Assembly: GCF_964194025.1 (NCBI RefSeq)
Contig: NC_134471.1
Span: forward strand, 62,496,001 to 62,560,000
Direction of reading: 5' to 3'
From: Convolutriloba macropyga
Lineage: Eukaryota
DNA length: 64,000 nucleotides
Part shown: positions 62,423 through 64,000 of the stretch, in pieces
Layout of the letters: the number at the start of each line of letters is the position of its first letter
How positions within the stretch are numbered: the first letter of the stretch is position 1
The notes under the pieces: model-generated
Database searches by the model: none
What the model saw: only the letters and a program-made list of their open reading frames with translations
What the model was told of the DNA's origin: nothing
Position numbers and translations under genes: made by a program

Positions 62423-64000
62423 TTAAAACATTTGGATTTGATTAAGATTGCCAGCCCTGTTTTTGATCTCGGAAACACCATCATAGAAAACTGGCGACAA
62501 TTTTACTAGCTGTCTGTTCGCCATGTGCCATATTGACTCTCGCTGATTGTACGACGTCATCGTCAAGTTTGAAGACTTGGATGTTCTTTTGACCACTTCG
62601 ATCTCTGATTCCATTGGGGAAGGTATTCACGAATCCATCTTTCACATATCACGGCGGCATATGTTTGAGCCGTTTGGATGGATTTTATCAAGTCATGGTA
62701 GCGCTCATTGGATGGCTTCAATGGCGCACTCGGGTTGTCTTGTCCTAACAAGAAATGATTAGGTGCGAGGACTGTCCAATTTTCTGGATTGTCGACAACT
62801 GCTGTTAGGCGTCTTTTTCTGAGAAATTGCTCTACAAGACACATCGTCGTACTGAGTACCTCGCTGGCAAGCCTTTGGTTGTCCAAAAATCAAATCAAGC
62901 CTTTTCACAACTTTGAACCAGTTTTTCCAAGACTCCACCAAAATGCGGTTCTCCAGGAGGTTTCTGCAAGGAGGTATCTTTTTCTGAGCTGAGTCACATT
63001 CAACCCTAGCTTTGCACCTTTTTGTCCAGGACTGCTGTCAGTTGCTTCAATGCTCCAACCATGTTAGTGCCGTTTTCGCTGGTGACGGTATTTGGGTAGC
63101 CACTTCTTGCAATACATCTTGTCACTGCAGCTAGACATGACTCGGTGTCCAATGACTGTGCAACTTCGATGTGTACTGGTCTTGTTGTTAGACAAGTGAA
63201 GAGGCAGCACCATATCTTTAAGGTACATGGTATCAACTTAACTTCACATCGATGGGTCCGAAGCAGTCAACTGCAGTATGGGTGAATGGAAGAACATGTT
63301 CAAGAAGTCGTGTTCAATTAAGGTCCACAATCGGAGAGGGGATAGGGTTGGCGTTCCTGTGTCTGCGTTTGATAAATCTCGAGTTGAATTTTCGTAATGA
63401 TCTTTGCAACGCAACAATCGAGAACTCTTGTTGAAGAAAGCTCCTCACATGCTCAATGTCTCCGCGATAAGCTCTCTCCAACAAGAGTTCTAAAACCTGG
63501 AACTTGCTTTAAACAATATTGGGTGTTTGGCATTGTAATCAAGGTTTGATTGCTTCATTCGAGTTTTCAATCGAATTGTTCCATCATCTTCTATGAATGG
63601 TGACATTTTGTCGAGGTTCAATCTTTGCTGCTTGATATCGACTTTGAATCATTCGGGAAGCTTTCGGTTTAAAAAAATCTAAATAAATTTTGTTCTGCTT
63701 AAAGGACGTTGTTTGCTTTGAGAGGTTTCTTCTGCTTCGCCGTAAACCTCATGCCGGGGGCAATAAATTTTCTGAATCTTTTGAAGCTGACTGTAGCGGT
63801 TCTAGTCAAATGGTTGCTTAACTTGGTTGTGTTTCTGTCGCTACAACACTGATAGCTTGCTCAGTTTCGACCTCGTTCTCTTAATTAACAACACGGCCTT
63901 GAAAAATCATCTTCAACATTTTGTTGACTTGCCGGTCAGTTTACAACATGGACTCCCGGTGTCCTTCAATGGACATTCCTCCGGTTCCTATTTCGGCAGG
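62423..64000 (-). mobile_element. Decayed BEL/Pao LTR retrotransposon pol (RNase H end, integrase, DUF5641) with PPT
   Basis: PAEIGTGG (for NPADIGTRG) at the window end; WCCLFTCLTTRPVHIEVAQSLDTESCLAAVTR..SENGTNMVGA; LAPNHFLLG, RWIREYLP, RQLVKLSPV; purine-rich AAAAACAGGGCTGGCAA at ~62448-62464 where the 3' LTR should start. Confidence 0.92.

Overview
AT-rich eukaryotic (most likely invertebrate animal) genomic DNA dominated by decayed transposons and local duplications; no intact protein-coding gene is evident. Left to right: (1) the right end of a decayed Polinton/Maverick (protein-primed PolB, subterminal 29-bp arrays, ACTACT terminus); (2) Copia remnants, including a 3 x ~1.69-kb tandem array whose units begin with an LTR, a half-tRNAiMet PBS and a gag N-terminus; (3) four minus-strand trypsin-like serine protease remnants; (4) several MITE families (a CCCAG/TA EnSpm-like element and two GG...CC elements with 8-bp TSDs); (5) a decayed LINE (ORF1 plus APE-RT ORF2); (6) further 1.5-1.8-kb tandem duplications; (7) a decayed BEL/Pao pol at the right edge. 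The main unexplained signal is a tandemly duplicated, apparently plus-strand structured RNA locus (36036-36848 and 37651-38465). It has a TATA-like box, a long-range closing helix, G-U-biased and structure-compatible substitutions, and higher conservation than its flanks. Its helix order is reminiscent of a telomerase RNA core but it lacks a TTAGGG template. All alignments, counts and folds were done by eye and need computational confirmation.
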